This document shows positions 34,001 through 42,419 of a stretch of 64,000 bases of DNA, in pieces. Source of the DNA: Candidatus Latescibacterota bacterium (GTDB lineage Bacteria > Latescibacterota > UBA2968 > UBA8231). The translations under genes were made by a program, and so were the position numbers. Position 1 is the first letter of the stretch. Each line of letters starts with the position of its first letter. The notes under the pieces were generated by a model. It was not told where the DNA came from and made no database searches. It saw only the letters and a program-made list of their open reading frames with translations. The stretch lies in assembly GCA_965206595.1 (NCBI GenBank), contig OZ242214.1, positions 192,001 through 256,000 on the forward strand, written 5' to 3'.

Positions 34001-34324
34001 AAGGCGACTGTCCTTCTCGGCCATCTCTCGGAGATTGATGCCTACAATGTTTACGCGGAAGGCGAGAAGCTGTTCGACAAGGAACAGTACGTAGAGGCGA
34101 TCGAAATTTTCGAGCAGGTTCTGGAGAGGTATCCGGACAGCGACCAAGCGGTAAACGCTGCCGTCAACATTGGGGCCGCCTACATGGCACAAGAAGATTA
34201 CCGGAAGGCTGCCGACCTGTTCAAAGGAGTAGTGGAAAAATACAGCGAAGCAGCGAGGTTTTCGCCTCAAGTAAATTTTTCCAAGCAGCAGCTGCAGGCT
34301 CTGGAAGAGGCTCGCGTCATATAA
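31079..34324 (+). CDS. Large membrane-anchored tetratricopeptide-repeat protein (1081 aa)
   Basis: N-terminal hydrophobic helix; many BamD/CpoB-like TPRs (YPDDRYAPDSQFRIA, YPSSRFAPEALFRSG, YPDSDQAVNAAVNIG). Confidence 0.9.
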   Translation: MTVWLGLIVLGLGVGTSLFLPVPQSLKTKFDAGQSLYALGEYEGAIIEYSKVVKFNSRAVRTDSVLVNFGDELELPIMAAAWYQLGNAHMRSGAHEKAVDAFRQVTEQTGVPEDFSQLVQFRVAETRFMQKEFGKAADEYKRYVEMFPDSRLAGESLFYAGWSEFSLESYAQAINTLSSMLERYPDDRYAPDSQFRIASSYYEKAEYQRAVDEAQAVLDGYPQSPVIASATYLKAQAFDEMDRPEEAIQAYREVRDLYDRMYELLRGSFREGKNVDFENYRQLFETSSLRVAEIYRKQGRFEEAYQELISAQETAEERFYKAKVQMRLGDNYMEWERFEDAWNTYNQVITLYGDTPYPPNAQYQKGEARYFANRYDEARSDYRLVTQNYPDSETSLRAQALYSAGWSSEKLGDFEEAQSLYNEVVESFSRSDQAPLCLLRIGRVNTEQQRFDEAIEAYKMIAENYGETKHAADGNYGLGILYKQTGRLGEAIVAFSRVGRKAREVYVASLIEAANIHIGEGRPEQGKELLSELLEGVSGDRDLEATAHYQIAQLDLNNKNYFDAITRYTKVIEEYPEAGAVRDAHYGRGLAYHYANRYSRAVADYKWLLDSDLPETMVLKVEFSMALSLSALGKDEEATELLTKVIDSGDETLARNAQLQLISMAEKQDPQDAIRTYESMLAKLESEEDKVRVLIRLASAYFRLEQYDRSIQASQQLIDLAVDVESISNALFVQANSYFRSGNLEKAIATYQTIIDNYPQIGWAKNAQFQIGVAYNALSGGGNVQYLPLMVEAFRKYHQTYPDDERAVYAHYYDAWASYRMGKWREASTAFDQLEKTYPSSRFAPEALFRSGEAIFNQAQGLLRGEKNQIFIEAMGKYDRILSRYSKSEYVDDSLYNKAWALIHLGRKEEALPIFERIVDNHPDGYYGPKSQFTLGDFYYSEKVYDKATENYKKFLEIYPDDRLKKAEDKKLRRKATVLLGHLSEIDAYNVYAEGEKLFDKEQYVEAIEIFEQVLERYPDSDQAVNAAVNIGAAYMAQEDYRKAADLFKGVVEKYSEAARFSPQVNFSKQQLQALEEARVI

Positions 34325-34364
34325 GCTTTTCGGGCTGCAGCACTAACAGGGAGGATTGTAGCAA

Positions 34365-35018
34365 ATGTTAGATTTCTTTCGCGACGGGGGACCGTTCATG
34401 TATCCGCTGGGCCTTTGGTCGATTATGGCCGTGGGTTTCTTCCTTGAGCGAGTGTGGACATATTCGCGGATGCGCAGTGAAGAAGAAGTTGCCGAAGCGA
34501 CCAACGATATTAACACCCGGGTTGAATCGGGTACCACTTTCGAGCAGTTGCGTGAGTACTGCGCAGAGGTGGGCAAGCTCGAAGGTGAAGTATTCTTGGA
34601 GGGTATTATTCGTTTCGAGCACCTTTCGAGAGAACAGCGCAATGTGGAAGAAATGCGCGTCGAGATGAACGGCACCGTAGAACGGGCAGCACTTGGCTAT
34701 CTGGAGCGCTACTTGTCGGTGATCCAGTTCGTCGCCAACTCGGTGGTGTTGTTGGGGCTGCTCGGAACGGTGAACGGAATGATCCGGGCCTTCGAGGGTA
34801 TCGCGGAGAAGGGTCTCGGTGAGCCGACGATCGTTGCGGCGGGGATCTCAGAAGCGCTGATTACCACCGTTACTGGCCTTGTAATCGCTGTGCCTTCGAT
34901 TGCCATTTACACCTATTTCAGCACCCGTGCCGACAGCAGGTTCGTTCAGTTCGAGGCCTACGGACACGGGTTCGTCGACGCGTTGCTACGTCGTTGGCAG
35001 TCCTCGCAAGCTGCCTGA
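34365..35018 (+). CDS. MotA/TolQ/ExbB proton channel protein
   Basis: GGPFMYPL, LGLLGTVNGMIRAF, GISEALITTVTGLVIAVP. Confidence 0.93.
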   Translation: MLDFFRDGGPFMYPLGLWSIMAVGFFLERVWTYSRMRSEEEVAEATNDINTRVESGTTFEQLREYCAEVGKLEGEVFLEGIIRFEHLSREQRNVEEMRVEMNGTVERAALGYLERYLSVIQFVANSVVLLGLLGTVNGMIRAFEGIAEKGLGEPTIVAAGISEALITTVTGLVIAVPSIAIYTYFSTRADSRFVQFEAYGHGFVDALLRRWQSSQAA

Positions 35019-35064
35019 GCGGCATTCTTGCAATTCTTAATCAGGTAGGGAGGGACAAGGAGAG

Positions 35065-35484
35065 ATGGCAGCCGTCAAAAAACGTGGTAGCCAGGACGAA
35101 AAACCTGACCTCACACCGATGATTGATGTGGTGTTTCAGCTTCTCATTTTCTTCATGGTAACGGCGGTGTTCGCTATCACCCCCGGCTTGGACATCAAAT
35201 TGCCAGAGGCAGAGGAGTCTCAGGCTCCCGAGAAGGAAAACCTCTTCATTGTGGTCGACCAGGATGGCAATATGAAGCTCAACCATAAGAGCGTTACGTT
35301 TGCCAATCTCAAAGAGGAACTGCAGGCCAAGAGGACGCTATTGGACAACACGACCTTGATCATTATTCAGGGCGACGAACGCGCTACGCATGGCCAGATT
35401 GTCCAGATCATGGACATTGCCAGACAGGTAGGCATTGTTGACCAAGTGATCGCAACGGAGCCGCAGAGAGGGCGTGGCAAATAA
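35065..35484 (+). CDS. ExbD/TolR protein
   Basis: LTPMIDVVFQLLIFFMV with the conserved TM Asp; IQGDERATHGQIVQIMD. Confidence 0.93.
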   Translation: MAAVKKRGSQDEKPDLTPMIDVVFQLLIFFMVTAVFAITPGLDIKLPEAEESQAPEKENLFIVVDQDGNMKLNHKSVTFANLKEELQAKRTLLDNTTLIIIQGDERATHGQIVQIMDIARQVGIVDQVIATEPQRGRGK

Positions 35485-35562
35485 TCATCTACTCTGTGGT
35501 GGATGCGTAAGTTCCAGATGACGTACTCTTGCGCCAAACGCCGAGTTGAGGACTGAATAACC

Positions 35563-36894
35563 TTGGACGATCGAAAGAAACAATTATACGCGATATTTGG
35601 GGTAGCAGTGCTGGTTCACCTGCTGCTCGTCATTTCCAAATGGTTCGCGTACGCATTGGGCGCAGCTGCTCTTGCGGTGCTCCTGATGGCGCTGTGGAAA
35701 GCTACGACTGGACGACGTCTGGGCCTTAACGCCGCCCTGATTCTGTCGATGATTGTCCACGCCGGAGCTTGGGGTATCGCCTATTATATGCAGCTTACAG
35801 TGGTGGAAGAAGAAGAAAAGCTGATTTATTTCCAGGCGCCTCCTCCCATTTTGCAGAAAAACTTCGATCTCGCGAAACAGCCAGAGATATCGGAAGTACA
35901 GATGGAAATGCTGCTCTCACAGGCAATGCAAGCGCCTGATGATATTTCGGCAATCGTCGATGTCAGTTCGGTGGGAAGTGATCTCCTTGGGGCAGTGTTG
36001 CCCGGAACTCAGGTCCTAGGAGCCTTCAGCGGGGCAAAAGCCGAAGAACTCGCTTTTGACCAAGTCGAGATGATCGAGTTGACCGAGACGGCGGCACCCG
36101 TGCAGGAAGCCTTGAGCTTAAAACAGGAACTGCTGAACGTCGGTGACCTGGACTTCGGTCGTTTCCAAGCCATCCTAATTCAGGATCCGGGCAACAAACG
36201 CAATATCAAAGGCTTCTTCAACATGACGGTGGTCGACTACGACTTGGCCGACAAAAGTATCGATCGCTTTCCCACCGCCGTAGAGGAGTTGATGCGCTAC
36301 ATCCGCGACCACTCCCGCGTGAACGCACGTATCGAGGGTACGACATTGCGGCTCAGTGACCCCAGTGTGATGAAAGCGCCGTTTATCTATCTGACAGGGA
36401 ATAGCGCAGTATTCCAGTTCACTAACACGGAGAAGGAGAACCTTGGCGAGTATCTGAAGAACGGCGGGTTTCTGTTCGCGGAAGAGATTCGGCAGGCGGA
36501 TGCGGAAAACGGTCTCACAGGCAAGAATGCAGGAGTTCAGGGGACTCTTTTCGATCGGCAGTTCAAGGCATTGATGGAAGATCCGGCGGTTCTGGGAAGC
36601 GATGGCAGCAAATGGCAGAAAATTCCGAAAGATCACGATCTATACTACAGTTTTTTCGATTTCGAGGATGGTCCGCCTATGGGTGGGGCTCCGGGTGGCA
36701 ATGTTTTCGACCTCGAAATGCTTGAGCTTCGAGGTCGCGTCGCGGTGGTTTTTAGCGATCTCAATGTCAGCTGGTACTGGGGTGATCCGAACGCCGACGC
36801 GAGGGAGCGTGGTCTGCAATTCGGGGTCAATTTGATTGTTTATGCGCTCACCCAGCCTGGTGGTATTGCTAATGTGACTCAATACACCCAGTAG
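35563..36894 (+). CDS. Membrane-anchored DUF4159-like protein with TonB-type SxxxH helix
   Basis: TM segments including LSMIVHAG; APPP linker; C-terminal PFIYLTG...EKENLGEYLKNGGFLFAE...GVNLIVYALTQ. Confidence 0.7.
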   Translation: MDDRKKQLYAIFGVAVLVHLLLVISKWFAYALGAAALAVLLMALWKATTGRRLGLNAALILSMIVHAGAWGIAYYMQLTVVEEEEKLIYFQAPPPILQKNFDLAKQPEISEVQMEMLLSQAMQAPDDISAIVDVSSVGSDLLGAVLPGTQVLGAFSGAKAEELAFDQVEMIELTETAAPVQEALSLKQELLNVGDLDFGRFQAILIQDPGNKRNIKGFFNMTVVDYDLADKSIDRFPTAVEELMRYIRDHSRVNARIEGTTLRLSDPSVMKAPFIYLTGNSAVFQFTNTEKENLGEYLKNGGFLFAEEIRQADAENGLTGKNAGVQGTLFDRQFKALMEDPAVLGSDGSKWQKIPKDHDLYYSFFDFEDGPPMGGAPGGNVFDLEMLELRGRVAVVFSDLNVSWYWGDPNADARERGLQFGVNLIVYALTQPGGIANVTQYTQ

Positions 36895-36918
36895 CTTTAA
36901 CCTCGCCGACAACGAGCA

Positions 36919-36961
36919 AAGCCCGACGGTCCTTCACGGATCTCGCCGGGCTTCTTTTTTT
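36919..36961 (+). terminator. Rho-independent terminator ending the envelope cluster
   Basis: AAGCCCG...CGGGCTT stem followed by a T7 run; ISL3 copy 2 abuts the T tract. Confidence 0.7.
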
Positions 36962-38082
36962 GGCTCGTCAGTAGAATTCGTGGGTGAATTGTGGCTCGGG
37001 TAAATCGCCAAGCTGATGGAATGAAGCGATTTGGAGTGCCTTGAAGGTGCGGCATCCGAATGCTTTTCTCCCTGTCAGATTCCATTTCAGGTTCAAGCCC
37101 TCGACCATGCCGTTGTTGAACTGCTTCCTGGCCCTGAACCAATTGAGGATGAGCTCTTGGTGACGCCGCAGCATTCCGGCGATGTCTTTCATCGGTTCGA
37201 TGTTGCTTCTCATCGTACGGAAACACCCGCGCTGGAGGAACTTCTCAGCCCACGCGGAGTAGGTGTAGTCCCAGAAGCGCTGGAAGTCCTCCTTGAGCAG
37301 GTAGGCTCTGACCGTCCGCAGGTTCATCTTCAATAGCTCCGACAGCTTCAAGCCTTGGGAGTCGCTTCTGGTCGAGGAAACGGGTCGGCTCCTGCTCGCC
37401 GCCGGCTTCCTGCTTGCGCCGGTGCTCCTGCTCCCGTTCGGTAAAGCCGTCGTTCAAGGCCTTCTTCGTCCGCTTCTCGCCCATCCACAACAGGCGGCGG
37501 CGGTGGGGGTCGATCTGGTACAGCAACGTCAGATAATGAGGCCCCTTACGATACTGGATTTCATCCACGCCGAGGGCCGTGACCTGGTCGAGGCAGCGAT
37601 GAGCGAGCCCATAGTCCACGACGTACTGGACGGAGTGGTAGACCTTGTCCCAACGGGTCCGGAAGGAACGCGCCACCTCGATCCACGACAGTTTTTTGGC
37701 CCCCTGGGCCAGGAAGCAGCGGTAGAGGTCGGTCAGGTGGTGCTTGCCCGTGCTCCAGGGGACCTTCTCGACGACCACCCGGCCGCAGGCTTTGCAGGCA
37801 ACCCGGCGCATGCGATACACCAGAAAGACCGGAAACCCCCAGAGGGGAACAAACTCGAACAGCCGGGCCTCGGGGGCCGTGTCATAGGTGGGGGCCAAGT
37901 GACCGCAGCCGCTGCACGCGCCCCGGGAGTTTTTCCGTGGCCTTATCCTCACCATTATCCTTCCGTGCCGGTCAAAATGACTGCCCTCAAACACAAACCG
38001 CTTGAAGGTCGTGCACCGGTTTAGTACCGTGATCAGGCGCATCATTCCCTCCACAGGTAGTTGGGTTCCGTCTTGGTGGACT
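36962..38082 (-). mobile_element. ISL3 copy 2 (internal deletion of about 220 bp; left end lost at the IS3 junction)
   Basis: Near-identical to copy 1; right IR GGCTCGTCAGTAGAATTCGTGGGTGA intact; lacks copy-1 17452-17672; similarity stops at 38082. Confidence 0.92.
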
Positions 38083-38276
38083 AGAGGTGGACCCCATTCT
38101 TTGGACAGCCGGACAGCAGGATTAGGTGGATTCATTGTGGTTAATTTGCTGCCCTGTCCTTCTTGTTCTGGAGTCCCCTGAGACCTCCTTTCCGACTCTG
38201 CAAGATCGCCGTTTTGCTGGGTGCAGGATCGTCCACCCGTCCTTGGCAAATTGTCCACACCGTCCCCCCTTCCCTG

Positions 38277-39124
38277 TTCATGCCGCCCTGCGCCGGGTGT
38301 ATTCTTCCATAGGCGTCCGGTCGCCGGCCAGGCTGGAATGAGGCCGCTCTTCGTTGTACTAGCGAAGCCAAGCCGCGATCATCTGACGCGCCTGCCCGTC
38401 CATCCTGAAAGTCGTGCAGATAGACACACTCGTATTTTAGGGAGCGCCAGAGACGCTCGATGAAGACGTTGTCCATCCATCGCCCCTTGCCGTCCATCGA
38501 GATCGCTACCCCGGCTTGCTCGAGGACCTCGGTGAACTCCCGACTCGTAAACTGGCTGCCCTGGTCGGTGTTGAAGATCTCCGGTCTGCCGTAGCGGGCC
38601 AGCGCCTCCCGCAAGGCCTCCCGGCAGAACGCACTGTCCTGGGTATTCGACAGCCGCCACGAAAGCACCGTGCGCGTCGCCCAGTCCATGATCGCCACCA
38701 GATAAAGAAAACCACGCTGCATCGGGATATAGGTCACGTCCGCGCACCACACCTGGTTCGGCCGCTCGATCCTGAGATGGCCGAGACGATACGGATAGAT
38801 CCGATGGGACCCATCCGGCGACGACGTCTGCGGCTTGCGGTAGATGGCCGTCAGTCCCATCTGTCGCATCAATCGACGCACGCGCTTGCGCCCGACCCCA
38901 TGGCCTTGGCGCCGCAGCTGACGGGCCATCTGCCGGGACCCATACCAGGGCGTGGCCAGAAACTGTTCGTCGATGGTGCGCATCAACTGCCGGTTGAAGG
39001 AACTTTCCCCTCGACCCGCGTAGTACTAGGTGGATCGCGAGAGGGCAACCAAGGTGCACTGGCGCACGATAGGGAGCCGGGGATGATCCGCATCGATCAT
39101 CGCTTCCCTTCGGTCGCGGCTCAA
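38277..39124 (-). pseudogene. IS3 OrfB integrase-like transposase with two TAG stops and a frameshift
   Basis: WCADVTYIP, FNTDQGSQF, MDGKGRWMDNVFIERLWRSLKYE; TAG at 39026-39028 and 38359-38361; frameshift near 38395. Confidence 0.88.
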
Positions 39125-39402
39125 CGGCCGAAGGCGCGAGACAAAAAATCGTTCTCGACGGTCAGCTGGCCGATCTTGGCGTGCAGCGCCTTGACCTCCG
39201 CCTCATGGTCGGCGGCGCGGGAAGAGGTCTTGCGGGCGAACGCCTCGGGCAGGCTCTCCCGGGCCTGCCGTTTCCACTGCGCAATCACGTTGGGGTGCAG
39301 ATGATGCTTGGCAGCGAGCTCGGCCATCGTCTGGTCGCCGACCAGGGCCTCCAAGGCGACTTTGGCCTTGAATTGGGCGGAGAAGCTACGTCGTTTTCCC
39401 AT
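39121..39402 (-). CDS. IS3 OrfA (helix-turn-helix)
   Basis: MGKRRSFSAQFKAKVALEAL...LHAKIGQLTVENDFL. Confidence 0.9.
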   Translation of the reverse strand: MGKRRSFSAQFKAKVALEALVGDQTMAELAAKHHLHPNVIAQWKRQARESLPEAFARKTSSRAADHEAEVKALHAKIGQLTVENDFLSRAFGR

Positions 39403-39471
39403 GTCTCCAGTCCTTCCGTAGAGGGGTTGGATCCACCTAACGTAACTGTCCGAATTCCGGGGGCCACCTCT

Positions 39472-39844
39472 GTTTGTACGGCCAATCTGCGTGCAAATAG
39501 CCTCGGTCATTGCCGGGTTGGTTGACAGTGAAGTCAGTACAGGAGTTGCGTGCCCAAGGCCCGAACACACTCTCTACGATTTCCATGATACGCCTGTCCG
39601 CCACGTAAGGAGCGAAACACTGCGTGTAGTTGATAACTTGGCGCAACGCCCCCAACTCCCTTAGCGCCAACCCGGTGACCGCGGGACCATGTTTTGTCGC
39701 GTTCCACTTCCGTGCGCTTGTGTTGCTCGCGCTCGGCTCGGAGAACCTTCATCGCGTACCCCTTGCAACGCAATTTTTCGGTATCACTCCCTCGACAATA
39801 CAGAACCCGTCCATGAGAAGCTGGCGAAGATGATCGGAGGCCAT
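39472..39844 (-). pseudogene. PhyH-family dioxygenase fragment, frameshifted and truncated at the IS3
   Basis: HLRQLLMDGFCIVEGVIP ... APYVADRRIMEIVESVFGPW ... GYLHADWPY spread over three frames. Confidence 0.75.
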
Positions 39845-39870
39845 GGCGGAATACCTCAAGTGCATCGGAA

Positions 39871-40703
39871 TCAAACTCGGTTGTACTTGAAGACCAAGTT
39901 TTCGACGCCGACTTCCCCGACATATAGATCGCCATGATGGTCGACCCATAAAGAATGAGCCCCGTGAGATCGATCGTCTGGCCCCCCAGTTACGACAAAC
40001 TGCGACAAAAGCCGCCCCTCCGAACTGAAGATGCTCACGCCGCGGCCCCGTCGGAATCGATGAATAGCCCACAAGGATATAGGCGGCCAGGCCACTGGCT
40101 CAGAAAACCCCCGTCGTAGCCGAAGAACTGGAGGCGGTTGTTTGGTTCGCGATCGGCGACGGCGACCCTTTCGTCGGGAGTAATGAAGACATTATGAGGC
40201 AGCGTAAATTGGCCAGGTTGGGACCCATTCCCTCCCCAGGAGTGTATCCAGGTGCCGTCAGATGAAAAGCAGTGTACGTAATGCTGCCCGTAGCCATCGC
40301 TGACAAAAATGTCCCCGGAGGGAGCTTGGACCGCCCTGGTAGGCATGTTGAAAGGCTCCCCCGGAGCGCCGGCATTGCCGGGGTTCCCAAGGGTTTGGAG
40401 CACCTCTCCCTCGGTTGTGCAGATACGCACGCTGTGATCGCGACAGTCCGTGATGAATAGGCGATCGTCTGGCGAGATCCAGATTTCGTGCGGCAGAGGA
40501 AACAGGTCCTCACCCCAGGAAGTCAAGTAGCGACCATCGCGATCGAACACCACAATGGCTGGTTCGGGTTCGCGGTCCACGAGGTAGACGCGGTCCACTG
40601 AATCAACGGCTATTCCGGAATTCACACCCATAACACGCCCGGTGGGCCCAAGGCCCCAGCCTTCGACCCGTTTGTATTGGTATGGTGCCGATCCTACAAT
40701 CAC
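39871..40703 (-). pseudogene. NHL-repeat (PAL-like beta-propeller) protein, frameshifted near 40045
   Basis: GIAVDSVDRVY, FNMPTRA, DIFVSDGYG, GQFTLPHN, VADRE; C-terminus AHSLWVDHHGDLYVGEV in another frame; GAGGAG before GTG 40703. Confidence 0.8.
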
Positions 40704-41287
40704 GAGATTCTCCTCGTCCGTTGGATTTGGGCACCAAGCATTGATCGAGTTCCCGCGCTTGTCAAGGTCCGGACGACACATCGCAAGGCGTTGGTTGACG
40801 GTAGATGTTCATTCTCGTAGTTAGGAACCGTTGTTGTGGGGGAGGGCTGGAATGGAGTTGCCCTGCAACTCCACGGTCCTTGGTTTCATCAGCGCTGGGA
40901 GTATGGGCAGGGGAGAAACATCGATGACGCAGCTCGCCACACCCCCTGTCTACGAAGGAAGGGAAAACCGCCCTTGACGGACTTGGGGCTACCGCCATCG
41001 AAATTACCGCCACCTTCGGAGCCGCCCCGACCAGCAAGGGTAGCATCGCTCGCTCCACGTATGGAAAGATCCGAGTCGAGAGCTCCCTCCATCTACGACC
41101 CCGCCAAGGAATGGCTCCCAGCCCCCGACCTGCCTACCGAGCAATCCTGGGGCCCCGCCCAGCGACCTGAACGGCGGCCTTGTCCTCGCCGGTGGCGCGC
41201 GCTTGTCCGAGTTCCCACCAGCGCTACATTTCGACGATTCAGCATACATGCACCGAGAGGGCTCCTTCGAGAAGTGAGAATTCAAAG

Positions 41288-42382
41288 ATGGATTTGGGAG
41301 AGATAGGTCTACGCAAGAACGAGCTGGATACGCCCGTCCTCTGGGTCGATCTCGACGGAATGGAGAAGAACATCGCCCAACTTGCCCGGTACTTTTCAGA
41401 GGCCGGGGTTAGCTGGCGGCCCCATACCAAGGGAATCAAGGTGCCCGCCATCGCCCACAAGGCGATGGCCGCGGGGGCAATCGGGGTAACCTGCGCCAAG
41501 CTGGGAGAAGCCGAGGTAATGGCCGCCGCCGGAATCAGCGACATTCTGGTGGCAAACCAGGTTGTAGGACCGCGTAAAGCCGCACGACTCGTTAATCTGT
41601 GTCGGCAGGCAGACGTCAAGGTTGCCGTGGACAACGCCGACAATGTCGCGGGCATCGGTGAAGCCGCCGTCGACAAGGGGGTCGAGGTCGGAGTGCTGGT
41701 CGAAGTGGATACGGGCATGGGGCGAGCCGGGGTCGCCCCGGGGCAAGCAGTGGTGGATCTCTCGCGGCTGGCCGCGGAGACCGCAGGTATCAACTACCAG
41801 GGAATAATGGCCTGGGAAGGACACGCGGTCAGCCTTTTCGAGCGACGCGGAAAACGGGAGGCCATCGAGCGGTCCGTCGGGCTGCTGGTCGACTCGGCGG
41901 AACTGTGCAGGAATGCGGGACTTTCGGTTCCGATAGTAAGCGGCGGGGGCAGCGGGACCTACAAGGTGACTCCGTTTCTCCAGGGGATCACCGAAATCCA
42001 GGCCGGCGGGGCGATCTTCAACGACCCCCGTTACTCTCTACGGCACGTCGAGACCGACATCTGCATCTACGTGCGCTCGACGGTTACGAGCCGGCCCGTA
42101 CCGGAACGCATGATCTTCGACGCAGGTTTCAAGGCACTGCCGGCATGGCCGGGGCAGCCTGTGGCAGTGGGGATCGAGGATGTAGAGGAGATTACGACAT
42201 CGGCGGAACACCTCGTGATGAAGCTTCGCATGCCCAATCACGAGGTACGGGTTGGCGAGGCCTTCGATTTCCAGCTGGGGTATATCGACGCCACCCTGTT
42301 CCTTCACGACAACCTGTACGGCGTCCGTGACGGGGTCGTCGAGACGGTCTGGCCGATTCTCGGTCGCGGAATGCTACGGTAA
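41288..42382 (+). CDS. DSD1-family fold-type III PLP enzyme (D-threonine aldolase / D-serine dehydratase-like)
   Basis: LDTPVLWVDLD, WRPHTK, VTCAKLGEAE, EVDTGMGRAG, SGGGSGT, EIQAGG, SAEH. Confidence 0.88.
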   Translation: MDLGEIGLRKNELDTPVLWVDLDGMEKNIAQLARYFSEAGVSWRPHTKGIKVPAIAHKAMAAGAIGVTCAKLGEAEVMAAAGISDILVANQVVGPRKAARLVNLCRQADVKVAVDNADNVAGIGEAAVDKGVEVGVLVEVDTGMGRAGVAPGQAVVDLSRLAAETAGINYQGIMAWEGHAVSLFERRGKREAIERSVGLLVDSAELCRNAGLSVPIVSGGGSGTYKVTPFLQGITEIQAGGAIFNDPRYSLRHVETDICIYVRSTVTSRPVPERMIFDAGFKALPAWPGQPVAVGIEDVEEITTSAEHLVMKLRMPNHEVRVGEAFDFQLGYIDATLFLHDNLYGVRDGVVETVWPILGRGMLR

Positions 42383-42419
42383 CCAAACCAAGGGGGCTGC
42401 CCGCCGCATCCAGTTCGGT

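Larger units (their letters stand above)
38083..39471 (-). mobile_element. IS3-family insertion sequence (inactive)
   Basis: IRs AGAGGTGGACCCCATTCTTTGGACAG / CTGTCCGAATTCCGGGGGCCACCTCT; orfA plus orfB. Confidence 0.92.

Noticed and set aside
25242-35484. Canonical tolQRAB-pal operon
   Set aside because: No TolA C-domain or Pal, the order is wrong, and the TolB-like protein is a lipoprotein lacking the TolB N-domain.
40704-41287. Short ORFs in the NHL/DSD1 divergent gap
   Set aside because: No motifs or convincing RBS; may be decayed coding DNA but cannot be supported.
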